The notes below the pieces were generated by a model. The model did not search any database. It was not told the origin of the DNA and saw only the letters and a list, made by a program, of their open reading frames with translations. A program made the position numbers and the translations under genes. Positions 44,237 through 54,394 of a stretch of DNA of 64,000 nt are shown in pieces. The number at the start of each line of letters is the position of its first letter. Position 1 is the stretch's first letter. This DNA comes from an uncultured Lachnospiraceae bacterium (lineage in GTDB: Bacteria > Bacillota > Clostridia > Lachnospirales > Lachnospiraceae), in NCBI GenBank assembly GCA_946612455.1, contig CAMOER010000008.1, positions 24,934 to 88,933 on the forward strand, read 5' to 3'.

Positions 44237-45750
44237 GCTTTATGACCGCCGATCATGGCGTTTCTCTCTTTTGCCGTAGCGCCCTCCTGCAGGTTCATGC
44301 CCTTCAGAACGGCATTTTTTCCGAATTTTTCCTGCAGATCCAGGATCGCCTTCTGCATCTTCTTTTCTTTTGCCAGCGCGGCTTCTTCCTTACGAACGGC
44401 AGCGTCTCTGGCTTCGTAATCCGTAAAAAGATCCAGCTGTTCATATTTCGGCTGTTCGATCTTTTCAACCCCTTCGGTGATATGATTTGCGACCACATAC
44501 ATCCGCCGTACCAGCAGACGTTCGTCGACGATCCTGTCAAACAGCGTCATGACGGCGTCAACGATCAGCTTTGTGGAAGAAGTCTTCCGCTTCAGATTAA
44601 TGCTGCCATGCGCATTTTTCGGGACTGTGCGTCCGTATCTGTCCTTTTCGATCTCAAATCCGGTCTTTCTTCCCGTTATATTTTCAATATCGTAGCCGAC
44701 GGTCAGCACCATCTGATCGGTCAGCAGACCTTTCTTTACCAGATCCAGGACGAGGCTCTCCGTCATCTCACGGACGACCAGCTTTGCTTTTTTAAACGGA
44801 TACGGCTCCTGCAGCACCTGGCCGCTGCTGATGCTGTTGTTCTCGGGCACAAAGCTCTTAATATCCCGGATCGTGCAGGGCTCCACGCCCCAGGCATGAT
44901 CGATCAGCAGTTCCGCATTGATGCCGAAAAGATCAAAGAGCAGCTCCGGGTTGTGATATTCCCCCGGTTTCCCAAGCGAACATCTGGCAATATCGCCCAT
45001 CGTATACAGGCCGGCAGATTCCAGCCGCTTGCGATAGCCTCTTCCGACGCGCCAGAAATCCGTGATCGGCGTGTGTTCCCAGAGCTCCCTGCGGTAACGC
45101 ATTTCATCCAGTTCTGCGATCCGGACGCCGTCTTTGTCCGCAGGCATCTTTTTCGCCACGATATCCATAGCGATCTTCGCCAGATAGAGATTGGTGCCGA
45201 TCCCTGCTGTTGCAGTGATGCCGGTATTCACAAGCACATCCCGGATCATTTTCATGGCCAGTTCATGTGCGGATAATCCGTAGGTGTCCAGATAATCCGT
45301 TACGTCCATGAAGACTTCATCGACAGAGTAGACATGGATGTCTTCCGGCGCGATGTATTTCAGATAGATCTGATAAATGCGGGAGGAATAGTCCATATAA
45401 AGCGCCATCCTGGGCTTTGCGACTTCATAACTGATCTCCAGGGAAGGATCCGCCGCCAATGCATTTTTATCCGAGGAGGAACCGGTAAATCTTCGCCCCG
45501 GCGCGTGCAGGATGCGTTTCCGGTTCAGCGCTCTGACGTCACGGACCACTTCAAACAGCCGCGCTCTCCCGGAGATCCCATAGGCCTTCAGAGACGGTGT
45601 GACTGCCAGACAGATCGTTTTTTCCGTACGGGAAAGATCGGCTACCACGAGATTGGTGGAAAGCGGATCCAGCTTTCGCTCCACGCACTCCACGGAAGCA
45701 TAGAAGGATTTCAGATCGATGGCGATGTAGGTCTTCGTTTTGTTTTTCAT
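44233..45750 (-). CDS. Y-family (translesion) DNA polymerase, UmuC/DinB-like
   Basis: N-terminal IAIDLKSFYASVE catalytic motif, VYSVDEVFMDVT, and little-finger region. 505 aa. Confidence 0.88.
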   Translation of the reverse strand: MKNKTKTYIAIDLKSFYASVECVERKLDPLSTNLVVADLSRTEKTICLAVTPSLKAYGISGRARLFEVVRDVRALNRKRILHAPGRRFTGSSSDKNALAADPSLEISYEVAKPRMALYMDYSSRIYQIYLKYIAPEDIHVYSVDEVFMDVTDYLDTYGLSAHELAMKMIRDVLVNTGITATAGIGTNLYLAKIAMDIVAKKMPADKDGVRIAELDEMRYRRELWEHTPITDFWRVGRGYRKRLESAGLYTMGDIARCSLGKPGEYHNPELLFDLFGINAELLIDHAWGVEPCTIRDIKSFVPENNSISSGQVLQEPYPFKKAKLVVREMTESLVLDLVKKGLLTDQMVLTVGYDIENITGRKTGFEIEKDRYGRTVPKNAHGSINLKRKTSSTKLIVDAVMTLFDRIVDERLLVRRMYVVANHITEGVEKIEQPKYEQLDLFTDYEARDAAVRKEEAALAKEKKMQKAILDLQEKFGKNAVLKGMNLQEGATAKERNAMIGGHKA

Positions 45751-45841
45751 GAATTCGCAAAAATGAAGATTGATGATTCACCCGGATTGTTTCGCAAACA
45801 GTGCTTGTTGCCTGTGAATCATTATAGCATTAATTTATATA

Positions 45842-45875
45842 GAAAAACAGGCGGCCGGATAAAATCCGACCGCCC
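45842..45875 (-). terminator. rho-independent terminator after ackA
   Basis: The minus strand has GGCGGTCGGAT-TTT-ATCCGGCCGCC followed by TGTTTTTC. Confidence 0.75.
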
Positions 45876-45908
45876 GGAATCTTAAGATTTTATGGATACT
45901 GCTGAGGA

Positions 45909-47105
45909 TCAGCCGACAAGTCTCACGGTCTCTCTTGCGATCGCGAGTTCTTCGTTCGTAGGATACAGAACGACCTGGACCTTGGAATCATCCGCGGAGA
46001 TGATGCGCGCTTCGCCTCTGACGTTGTTGCGCTCGTCATCGATCTTCACGCCGAGATAGGAAAGGTTCTCGCAGATTGCCTTTCTGGTCTTGATATCGTT
46101 CTCGCCGACACCTGCGGTGAAAGCGATCGCGTCCACGCCGTTCATGGCAGCGGTGTAAGCGCCGATGTACTTAACGACACGATAGATGAAAGCGTCCAGC
46201 GCGACAGCGGCCAGTCTGTTGCCTTCCTGCTTCGCTGCTTCGATATCACGGAAGTCGGAGGAAACGCCGCCGGACATGCCGAGAACACCGGATTTCTTGT
46301 TCAGCATGTTCAGAACATCATTGACATCCCTGCCTTCCTTGTTGCAGATGTACTGTACGACAGCGGGATCGACGTCACCGGATCTGGTGCCCATGATCAG
46401 GCCTTCCAGCGGAGTCAGACCCATGGAGGTATCTACGCACTTGCCGCCGATGGAAGCGGAAATGGAACCGCCGTTGCCGAGGTGGCAGACAATGACTTTG
46501 CCTTTCTCGGGATCCAGATGGCAGAACTTCAGGACTTCGCCGGATACGAACATATGGCTGGTGCCGTGGAAGCCGTAACGGCGGATGCTGTATTTGTCAT
46601 AGTACTCATGCGGGATCGCGTACATATAGGCCTTCTCCGGCATGGACATACCGAAAGTGGTATCGAATACGGCAACGTTCGGTGTGCCGGGCATTGCCTC
46701 TTCGCAGGCCTCGATACCCATCAGGTTTGCAGGATTGTGGAGAGGTCCGAGATCGAAGCAGTCGCGGATGGCCTGTTTGACCTTCTCATCAACAACAGTG
46801 GACTCGGTGAATTTGCTTCCGCCGTGCAGTACGCGATGACCGATCGCGGAGATTTCGGAAGTATCCGCAATAACGCCGTGCTCTTTATCCATCAGCGCAT
46901 CCATGACCAGCTTGATCGCCTCGGTATGGGTGGGCATGGGGGCTTCCAGTTTGAATGTATCCTTGCCGGTGGGCTTATGGGTAAGCTTGGAACCTTCGAT
47001 GCCGATACGCTCGCAAAGGCCCTTTGCGATGACGCTCTCGTTATCCATGTCGATCAGCTGATACTTCAGGGATGAGCTTCCGCAGTTTAATACTAAAACC
47101 TTCAT
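45909..47105 (-). CDS. ackA: acetate kinase
   Basis: MKVLVLNCGSSSLKYQL start, GHRVLHGG and FHGTSH motifs, 398 aa. Confidence 0.95.
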   Translation of the reverse strand: MKVLVLNCGSSSLKYQLIDMDNESVIAKGLCERIGIEGSKLTHKPTGKDTFKLEAPMPTHTEAIKLVMDALMDKEHGVIADTSEISAIGHRVLHGGSKFTESTVVDEKVKQAIRDCFDLGPLHNPANLMGIEACEEAMPGTPNVAVFDTTFGMSMPEKAYMYAIPHEYYDKYSIRRYGFHGTSHMFVSGEVLKFCHLDPEKGKVIVCHLGNGGSISASIGGKCVDTSMGLTPLEGLIMGTRSGDVDPAVVQYICNKEGRDVNDVLNMLNKKSGVLGMSGGVSSDFRDIEAAKQEGNRLAAVALDAFIYRVVKYIGAYTAAMNGVDAIAFTAGVGENDIKTRKAICENLSYLGVKIDDERNNVRGEARIISADDSKVQVVLYPTNEELAIARETVRLVG

Positions 47106-47255
47106 TATGTTTCCTCCTGAATCATTCCGCGTCTGGCGGATATCTTTCCATATTTTAAACGATTTTTTCGAAACTGTAAACCGTTTATGCAGATTCGGAA
47201 TTATATAAATAATATCCTTTCTTATACAGGCAGAGTCTGAAACGGATGCCTGCCG

Positions 47256-47894
47256 TCAGGACTTCGCATCTTCCGGGTGCCGTTCCCGGTAAGAGAAAAT
47301 GCAGCCGCAGTAGTCCTGCCGGTACATCCCGAACTCGGCGGACAGCTCGCAGGAACGTTTATAGCCGTTCCGCTTTTTGAAATCCGACGGCAGGAACCGG
47401 AGCCCCGGATAATCCGCTGCGATCTCCTCTCCGACCGCATTCAGAACTTCTGCATTTTTTAACGGGCTGACTGTAAGCGTCGTAGTAAAAAAATCCATCT
47501 GCAGCTCGGCGGCTTTCCGGGCCGCCTCCGTGAGACGAAGCCGGAAACATTCGCGGCACCGCGCACCGCCTTCCGGCGCGTCCTCCAGGCCTTTCGCGGC
47601 CTGATAGAAATCCGCGGGGAGATAGTCCCCTGCCAGAAAATGAATCGGGTTGACCGCCGGAAATGACCGGATCAGACGCTCCTGCTCCTGCACCCGTTTA
47701 TAATACTCTTCTTCCGGCCAGATGTTGGGATTGTAATAAAAGACCGTCAGTTCAAAATCCGGTGTCAGACGTTCCAGCACTGCGCTGCTGCACGGCCCGC
47801 AGCAGGAATGCAGAAGAAGAGCCGGTACATGTCCCGGCTCCTTCTCCTTCTGTATGATCTCCTGCATCACTTTGTCATAGTTGATACGGTTCAC
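47256..47894 (-). CDS. queH: epoxyqueuosine reductase QueH (DUF208)
   Basis: LLHSCCGPCS motif and C-terminal YCGC motif. The likely start is the GTG at 47894 after an AGAGGTG RBS; the track ORF extends to 47933. Confidence 0.8.
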   Translation of the reverse strand: MNRINYDKVMQEIIQKEKEPGHVPALLLHSCCGPCSSAVLERLTPDFELTVFYYNPNIWPEEEYYKRVQEQERLIRSFPAVNPIHFLAGDYLPADFYQAAKGLEDAPEGGARCRECFRLRLTEAARKAAELQMDFFTTTLTVSPLKNAEVLNAVGEEIAADYPGLRFLPSDFKKRNGYKRSCELSAEFGMYRQDYCGCIFSYRERHPEDAKS

Positions 47895-47920
47895 GAAATT
47901 CACCTCTGTAAATGATCCCG

Positions 47921-49531
47921 TTAATCTTCCCACTTTTCGATCACGCTGTCAATATCCCTGGTGAGCCTGCGCACATCGCGGTTCGTACGGCCGCGGAATG
48001 TCTCGATCAGCACCATCAGGCGCTTGCCTGCCTCCACAAGCGTTCTGTACAGGCCTTCGACCTTCGCAGCAGACTTCGGCGCTTCGACAGGAACGCCTTC
48101 CGTCAGGACGACGGCGCTGCCGGAGATCAGATCGTAGACCGTGCCGGAATACGGCGCGACCGCCCGTTTGATGCCCTGCTCATCCATCAGATAAGACGCG
48201 AAGGAAGCGGCCACGGCATCCTCTCCGTGGTTGACGAAGACCAGATCCGGCTGCTTCGTAAAGGACTTGATCCAGGCTGTCAGACCGTCCTTGTCCGCAT
48301 GGCCGCTGATATTGGCTAGATAAGAGATTTCCGCGTTCACCTGGATCTCTTCGCCGAACAGCATGACTTTCTCGGCGCCTTCGAATATCGCGCGGCCGAG
48401 CGTGCCGTTCGCCTGATAGCCGGCGAACAGGATCAGGGATTCCTTCCGCCACAGATTGTGCTTTAAGTGATGCCGGATCCGGCCGGCTTCGCACATGCCG
48501 CTGGCGGACAGGATCACCTTCGGCTCCTGATCGAAATTGATGGCTTTGGATTCCTCCGCGGAAACAGCGACCTCCAGACCCGGGAAAAAGATCGGATTGA
48601 CGCCTTCCGCAAGGACTTTCTGCAGGTCTTCGTCAAAGTAATCCGGATCTGTCTGTACGAAGATGCCGGTGGCTTCATTCGCAAGCGGAGAATCGATATA
48701 CACCTTAAAGTTCGGATTGCAGCTGACCAGTCCGCGCTGCTTGATCTCCCGGATATAATACAGAAGCTCCTGGGTGCGTCCGACCGCGAACGACGGGATC
48801 ACGACATTCCCGCCTCTTGCGAGCGTCTTCTCGATCGCTGCGGCAAGCTGCTCCACGATATCCGCGTGCTCCTGCGGCTTTTCATGATAGCGGTCGCCGT
48901 AAGTGGATTCGATAACAACATAATCGGCATCCTCAAAGGCTGCGGGATCCTTCAGGATCGGTTTGTCTTTGTTCCCGATATCGCCGGAGAAAACAATGGT
49001 GCGCTCTTCTCCGTTCTCCGTCAGGAACAGCTTGATGCAGGCCGACCCGAGCAGGTGCCCGACATCCCGGAAAATGACTTCGACGCCCTCGGCGGCCTGA
49101 AAACGTTTTTCATAAGGGTACGGAACAAACCGCTTCATGATGCCTTCCGCATCGTCCACCGTATACATCGGTTCGACGGGTTTCTTTCCGGAACGCTGTC
49201 CCTTGCGGTTCTTCCATTCCGCTTCCATTTCCTGGATGTGCGCGGAATCCCGGAGCATGATCTCACAAAGACTGGCAGTGGCTTCGGTCGCGTAGACCTG
49301 ACCGCGGAAACCCTGTTTGTACAGCAGCGGCAGTTTACCGGAATGATCGATATGCGCATGTGTCAGGATCACACAGTCGACTTCGGAAGGCCGGACAGGC
49401 AGTTCCTGATTCACAAAGACATCCCTTCCCTGCTCCATGCCGCAGTCGATCATGACATGCCTGTCACCGACGGTCAGGAGTGTGCAGGAACCGGTCACTT
49501 CATGTGTTGCGCCTAAAAATGTAATTTCCAT
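47921..49531 (-). CDS. MBL-fold beta-CASP ribonuclease-like hydrolase
   Basis: HAHIDHSG metallo-beta-lactamase motif, a beta-CASP region and a C-terminal RNA-specificity-like domain. 536 aa. Confidence 0.8.
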   Translation of the reverse strand: MEITFLGATHEVTGSCTLLTVGDRHVMIDCGMEQGRDVFVNQELPVRPSEVDCVILTHAHIDHSGKLPLLYKQGFRGQVYATEATASLCEIMLRDSAHIQEMEAEWKNRKGQRSGKKPVEPMYTVDDAEGIMKRFVPYPYEKRFQAAEGVEVIFRDVGHLLGSACIKLFLTENGEERTIVFSGDIGNKDKPILKDPAAFEDADYVVIESTYGDRYHEKPQEHADIVEQLAAAIEKTLARGGNVVIPSFAVGRTQELLYYIREIKQRGLVSCNPNFKVYIDSPLANEATGIFVQTDPDYFDEDLQKVLAEGVNPIFFPGLEVAVSAEESKAINFDQEPKVILSASGMCEAGRIRHHLKHNLWRKESLILFAGYQANGTLGRAIFEGAEKVMLFGEEIQVNAEISYLANISGHADKDGLTAWIKSFTKQPDLVFVNHGEDAVAASFASYLMDEQGIKRAVAPYSGTVYDLISGSAVVLTEGVPVEAPKSAAKVEGLYRTLVEAGKRLMVLIETFRGRTNRDVRRLTRDIDSVIEKWED

Positions 49532-49624
49532 AAATACGAATCCTCACTGATCTGAGTGCAGAACATTAAGAATACAGGTTACAATAAGATGATAACATAC
49601 TACGGAAATAAATGAAATACGCAA

Positions 49625-50167
49625 ATGGAAAAATATTCTGACTTCAAACGAAAATTTATGGATTTACACGGCAGGAATTCATGCTATACTAACCCTATGA
49701 TTGCATTAAACATCGAAGATCAGAAATTGTTCACCAGGCTTTTGTTCGTCACGGATACCTTTGACAATTTTGAACTTGTCGAAGGCGAGTTCGTGACCCG
49801 TTTTTCCGCCAATCTGGACGGGACGCTGACGGAAGAAGACAGCGATGCCCGTTATGTCCGCTGGGGCGATGCCCGCAATATCGCCTTTCAGATCATAAAA
49901 GGGAAACAGCTTCCGCGCGCCTTCCGTCTGACGATGCGCCTGACGGAGCCGAATATGGAGAAGACGCTTGCGTCGATCGGAAAGACAGCCGAATCGACCA
50001 ATATCACCAGTCTTCTCTTCAACATCCGCTATGAGCATGAAGCACTGATGCTCATTACGGGCTGTGCCTACAGCACGTTTACGCCGGACCGCACGGCGGA
50101 AAGGGAATGGGATGAGCTGATGCTGAAGTTCCTGATGAAGCATGAGATCCCGTATCTGAGATCATAG
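49625..50167 (+). CDS. hypothetical protein (start uncertain)
   Basis: 180-aa ORF without a convincing RBS. The internal ATG at 49697 (MIALNIEDQ...) is an alternative start. No motif I can name with confidence. Confidence 0.4.
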   Translation: MEKYSDFKRKFMDLHGRNSCYTNPMIALNIEDQKLFTRLLFVTDTFDNFELVEGEFVTRFSANLDGTLTEEDSDARYVRWGDARNIAFQIIKGKQLPRAFRLTMRLTEPNMEKTLASIGKTAESTNITSLLFNIRYEHEALMLITGCAYSTFTPDRTAEREWDELMLKFLMKHEIPYLRS

Positions 50168-50168
50168 A

Positions 50169-50201
50169 AAGAAGGATGGCCGTGAAGCCATCCTTCTTTT
50201 T
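50169..50201. terminator. bidirectional terminator
   Basis: AAGAAGGATGGC-CGTGAA-GCCATCCTTCTT followed by TTT. Confidence 0.75.
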
Positions 50202-51747
50202 ACTCTAATGTTCCGTATTCGGAATCATATCCGTCATGACCGGCTTCCCGGCTCCTCTCCACTTCAAACCAGAATTCCACGCCGTCCTCCGTGTTCCGCA
50301 CGCCGCACCGGCTGTTGTGCGTCTTCATGATCGCCTTGACAATCGACAGGCCGATGCCGCTGCCGCCGTATGCTCTGGTACGCGCCTTATCCACTTTATA
50401 GAATTTATCCCAGATATGCTGGATATGCTCTTCCGGGATGCTGCTGCCGGTATTCCGGATATAGATGCGGACTCTTCCGTAAACATCCCGGTAATACGCT
50501 GTCACTGTACCGGGATCGCTGACATAATGCCAGGCGTTGCTGAAGAAATTCTGCAGGACGCCCTCGATCATGAATTCATCGGCATGGACCGGCAGCTCCT
50601 CCGGAAGATCAAATACCAGACGGACATCCTTTCCGTCCGCAAGCTTTTTGCTGCTTTCTCCGATCCCGCGGATGATCTCGCACAGATCGAAATCCGACCA
50701 GGTGATCTGCATCTTTCCGGATTCGATGGCATCCAGACTGAGCAGCCGTTTGACGATCTCGTTCATCTTCTTCGCTTCATCGGCGATGATTTCACAGTAA
50801 TATTTCGTACTTTCCGGATCGTCCGCAATGCCCTCCGTCAGTCCCTCTGCATAGCCCTGAATGAGCGCGATCGGCGTCTTCAGCTCATGGGAAACATTCG
50901 ACAGGAAGAGCCTGCGCATCTCATCAAGCTGTTCCTTTTCCTTCAGATCTGCGGCGAGCTTGTCATTCGCTGCCTGCAGACTCGTGATCGTATCCTGCAG
51001 TCTGTCGGACAGGTGATTCATGTTCCTGCCGAGGATACCGATCTCGTTCTCATCCTGTCCCTCATATCTGGCATCGAAGGACAGATCGGCCATCCTGTCA
51101 GAGATCTCCGCCAGACGCAGGACCGGTTCCGTCAGTCTCGAAGAGGCCAGATACATCAGGATGCCGCCGATGATGACGGCGACCATGCCGATGATCAGGA
51201 GAAAACGGCTTGACAGCTCTACGCTGTCGCGGATGCTCTCCATATGGGTGATCATGATATAGCGGATCTCGTCTCCCGCTTCGCCGATACAGTCGAGCTG
51301 GTAGCCGGCTTCTTCGCTCGCAAAGAGGCTCAGGATCACATGATCCGCTTCCTCTTCATAGATCTCGATCTGCTCGTGATCTTCGAAATCTCCTTCCTCA
51401 TAGAGCTGCAGGAGCTTGAAAATAAAGCCGCCCTGGTTCAGATTTGTTGCATAGATGACGACCGGGGTATCATATACATTGTCCAGGATGATCAGATCGA
51501 TATTGGTACGCTGCAGTTTATGATCCAGTGCGGCCAGAGAATCCTCGTCAAAATCAGCATCTACCGTATTCTGTATCAGTTCGATGGTCTCCCGGAAACG
51601 GATCTGCTTGCTGCGCACGGCGTACCGTTCCAGCTGCGTGGAATTCAGAATGAAGACCAGCATGATCACGGCGGCCAGTACGCCCGCTGTGATCAGCGGA
51701 AAGCTTGTTCTTAAAGATATGAATCTGCGGTCGGTATTCCTGTTCAT
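50200..51747 (-). CDS. sensor histidine kinase (TM-sensor-TM, HAMP, HisKA, HATPase_c)
   Basis: H-box SNVSHELKTPIA. N/G boxes (NAWHY, GGSGIGLSIVK). Two TM segments flank a domain of about 150 aa. Confidence 0.85.
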   Translation of the reverse strand: MNRNTDRRFISLRTSFPLITAGVLAAVIMLVFILNSTQLERYAVRSKQIRFRETIELIQNTVDADFDEDSLAALDHKLQRTNIDLIILDNVYDTPVVIYATNLNQGGFIFKLLQLYEEGDFEDHEQIEIYEEEADHVILSLFASEEAGYQLDCIGEAGDEIRYIMITHMESIRDSVELSSRFLLIIGMVAVIIGGILMYLASSRLTEPVLRLAEISDRMADLSFDARYEGQDENEIGILGRNMNHLSDRLQDTITSLQAANDKLAADLKEKEQLDEMRRLFLSNVSHELKTPIALIQGYAEGLTEGIADDPESTKYYCEIIADEAKKMNEIVKRLLSLDAIESGKMQITWSDFDLCEIIRGIGESSKKLADGKDVRLVFDLPEELPVHADEFMIEGVLQNFFSNAWHYVSDPGTVTAYYRDVYGRVRIYIRNTGSSIPEEHIQHIWDKFYKVDKARTRAYGGSGIGLSIVKAIMKTHNSRCGVRNTEDGVEFWFEVERSREAGHDGYDSEYGTLE

Positions 51748-51885
51748 CGATAATGCGCCTGCCTCTTGTTGTTCACGAAAAAGGATTGTGTTATCCTGAA
51801 TAATCTATCACAATTCGGGCGGATTCACAATAATACTTGTAATATCGTGCGGGAAAGGATAAAATAATGCATGATCGGAGGTAAC

Positions 51886-52971
51886 ATGGCTAAAGTAATC
51901 GTTGGCATGTCCGGAGGCGTGGATTCCTCCGTGGCAGCATTCTTATTAAAACAGGCCGGTCATGATGTCACTGGCGTGACCATGCAGATCTGGCAGGAGG
52001 ATTCGCCGGCGGACGAGGAAGGCTCGTGCTGCGGTCTTTCCGCCGCGTATGATGCCGGCAGAGTTGCCAGAGCGATCGGCATCCCGCATTATGTGTTCAA
52101 TTTCCGGGATGTTTTCCGTGAAAAAGTCATGGATTACTTTGCCGATTCCTATCTCGACGGCGAAACGCCCAATCCCTGCATTGCCTGCAACCGTTATGTC
52201 AAATGGGAGGCGCTCCTGAACCGCTCGCTTGCACTGGGCGCGGATTATATCGCGACCGGCCATTATGCAAGGATCCGGAAAACACCGGAGGGCAGATATG
52301 CTGTCGCCTCTTCCGTAACGGCCAGAAAAGACCAGACCTACGCTTTGTATAATCTGACGCAGGAGCAGCTGGCGCACACGCTGATGCCCGTCGGGGAATA
52401 TGAAAAAGATGAGATCCGGAGGATCGCCGAAGAAGCCGGCCTTCCGGTGGCGCATAAGCCGGACAGCCAGGAGATCTGCTTTATTCCCGATCATGACTAT
52501 GCTTCTTTTATCTGTTCGTACAGAAATCATACGGATGTGCCCGGCAATTTCGTAAATTCTGCCGGTGAAGTAATCGGCCGTCACAGAGGCATTATTCATT
52601 ATACTGTCGGACAGCGGAAAGGCCTCGGCAATACCTTCGGGAAGCCGATGTTCGTCCTGGAAATCCGGCCGGAAACGAATGAAGTCGTTCTCGGAGAATC
52701 GCCCGAGACGATGAGCGATCATTTGGTCTGTGAAGATATCAATTTCATGGCGGTCTCCGGCCTTTCCGGAGAAACAGAAGTGACCGCCAAGATCCGGTAT
52801 AATCATGCCGGGGCACCGGCGGTGATCCGCATGACGGAGGATGGGCGGATCCATTGCAGATTCAAAGAGCCGGTCCGTGCTGTCACGCCGGGCCAGGCCG
52901 CGGTATTTTATAAAGACGACATGATCCTGTGCGGGGGAAAGATCATCAGGACAAAGAACGCGTCGCGATAA
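51886..52971 (+). CDS. mnmA: tRNA 2-thiouridine(34) synthase MnmA
   Basis: PP-loop VGMSGGVDSS, catalytic Cys motifs (NPCIACN, EICFI). ATG at 51886 follows a GGAGG RBS. Confidence 0.95.
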   Translation: MAKVIVGMSGGVDSSVAAFLLKQAGHDVTGVTMQIWQEDSPADEEGSCCGLSAAYDAGRVARAIGIPHYVFNFRDVFREKVMDYFADSYLDGETPNPCIACNRYVKWEALLNRSLALGADYIATGHYARIRKTPEGRYAVASSVTARKDQTYALYNLTQEQLAHTLMPVGEYEKDEIRRIAEEAGLPVAHKPDSQEICFIPDHDYASFICSYRNHTDVPGNFVNSAGEVIGRHRGIIHYTVGQRKGLGNTFGKPMFVLEIRPETNEVVLGESPETMSDHLVCEDINFMAVSGLSGETEVTAKIRYNHAGAPAVIRMTEDGRIHCRFKEPVRAVTPGQAAVFYKDDMILCGGKIIRTKNASR

Positions 52972-52982
52972 AGGAGTTTGAC

Positions 52983-53417
52983 ATGAAAAAACAGCTTGCG
53001 CTTTGGATCATTTTTGCTTTCACATTCAGCTTTCTGTGCGCCTGCAGTGCCGTGACGCCGGGACCGAGCACGACCCGCTCCCAGGCAGCGCCGATGACCG
53101 TGCCGACAACGGCTGTCGCCGAGACGCAGACGGAATCGCAGACTACGGAAAAACAGACGGAACAGTATTCCACCTGGGCAGGCGTCACGCATGAAGAGAC
53201 AGAGGCGCTTCCGGATGCGGACGAAGTCACGGGAGAGATCCTGTATGTGAAGTCCGGCGTCAATGTCCGTCAGGGACCGGATAAGAACTCCACGGTGCTG
53301 GGAACGCTCTCCAGCGGGGATACCGTGGAAAAAGTCGGTCAGGAAGGCCGCTGGGTACAGATCAAGTACAATGACGGCACGGCCTATGTATTCGAAACGT
53401 ATCTGGAAAGCAGATAA
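52983..53417 (+). CDS. small lipoprotein with a C-terminal SH3b-like domain
   Basis: ATG at 52983 after an AAGGAG RBS. Lipobox FLCAC. The C-terminal VNVRQGPDKNSTVLGTLSSGDTVEKV...RWVQIKYNDGTAYV is SH3_3-like. Confidence 0.6.
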   Translation: MKKQLALWIIFAFTFSFLCACSAVTPGPSTTRSQAAPMTVPTTAVAETQTESQTTEKQTEQYSTWAGVTHEETEALPDADEVTGEILYVKSGVNVRQGPDKNSTVLGTLSSGDTVEKVGQEGRWVQIKYNDGTAYVFETYLESR

Positions 53418-53454
53418 ATGCGAACAGCCCACGGGACTGTCCCCATGGGCTGTC

Positions 53455-53487
53455 AAAAAAAGAAGCGGACTGCCCCGCTTCTTTTTA
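53455..53487. terminator. bidirectional terminator
   Basis: AAAAAAAGAAGCGG-ACTGCC-CCGCTTCTTTTT. Confidence 0.75.
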
Positions 53488-54150
53488 TACGCTGAATTTA
53501 TAGCCCATTCCCCAGATCGTCTGGATATAGCTTCCCTTCTCTCCGATCTTCGCACGCAGCTTCTTGACATGCGTGTCGATCGTGCGTGCATCGCCGTAAT
53601 AATTGTAATTCCAGACATTGTTCAGGATCACCTCACGCGACAGCGCGATCCCCTGGTTCTCCAGAAAATACTGGAGAAGCTCGAATTCCTTGACCGACAG
53701 ATCGATATTCTTCCCGTCCACGGTCACGATATGCGCGGTCTTGTTCAGTTCGATCCCGCCGGCGGAAATGATGTCCGGCGAATCACCGGAAATGCGCCGC
53801 AGAAGAGCATTGACGCGTGCAACGAGGACCTTCGGGCTGAACGGCTTGGTGATGTATTCGTCCACCCCGAGATTGAAACCCTTCAACTCATCGCGCTCTT
53901 CCGATCTCGCAGTCAGCATGATCACCGGCAGCTTCGAATAGCCGCGGATCGTCGACAGCACTTCCCAGCCGTCCATCTTCGGCATCATGACATCCAGAAT
54001 CAGCAGATCGATCTGGCTGTTCCCGAAGATCTGATCGACGGCTTCCTCTCCGTCTCCGGCCTCCAGCACCTGATGTCCTTCCTTGACCAGAAAATCCTTG
54101 ACCAGCTTCCGCATCCTGGGTTCATCATCCGCAACAAGAATCACAGCCAT
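53485..54150 (-). CDS. OmpR-family response regulator
   Basis: Receiver domain (ILVADDEP, LLILDVMMP, ...). wHTH output domain ending in TIWGMGYKF. ATG at 54150 follows a GGAAGGAG RBS. Confidence 0.9.
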   Translation of the reverse strand: MAVILVADDEPRMRKLVKDFLVKEGHQVLEAGDGEEAVDQIFGNSQIDLLILDVMMPKMDGWEVLSTIRGYSKLPVIMLTARSEERDELKGFNLGVDEYITKPFSPKVLVARVNALLRRISGDSPDIISAGGIELNKTAHIVTVDGKNIDLSVKEFELLQYFLENQGIALSREVILNNVWNYNYYGDARTIDTHVKKLRAKIGEKGSYIQTIWGMGYKFSV

Positions 54151-54220
54151 GATACAGTCTCCTTCCACGAAAGAATCAGAGTTGCTTACAGAAAAAGCAC
54201 GCAAATGCGTGCTTCGTAAG

Positions 54221-54294
54221 TGGGACCGATGGGGCTCGAACCCATGACCTCTCGCGTGTGAGGCGAACGCTCATCCCAGCTGAGCTACGATCCC
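54221..54294 (-). tRNA. tRNA-Val (anticodon CAC)
   Basis: Hand-folded cloverleaf: acceptor GGGATCG/CGGTCCC, D arm GCTC..GAGC, anticodon stem TTCGC/GCGAG with loop CTCACAC, T arm ATGGG-TTCGAGC-CCCAT. CCA is not encoded. Confidence 0.9.
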
Positions 54295-54394
54295 GAAAGA
54301 ATTACCTACGCTAGTATAGCACGATTCCGCAAAAAATCAAGTGCGGATCGGACGATATTTGCGAAGGAATATAGAAACGGAAAGAATCCGGAAA

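Noticed and set aside
47150-47200. cre (CcpA) site upstream of ackA: palindrome CTGTAAACCGTTTATGCAG
   Set aside because: It contains one extra base relative to the TGWAANCGNTNWCA consensus, so the central CG is out of register. It is suggestive only, and is not annotated.
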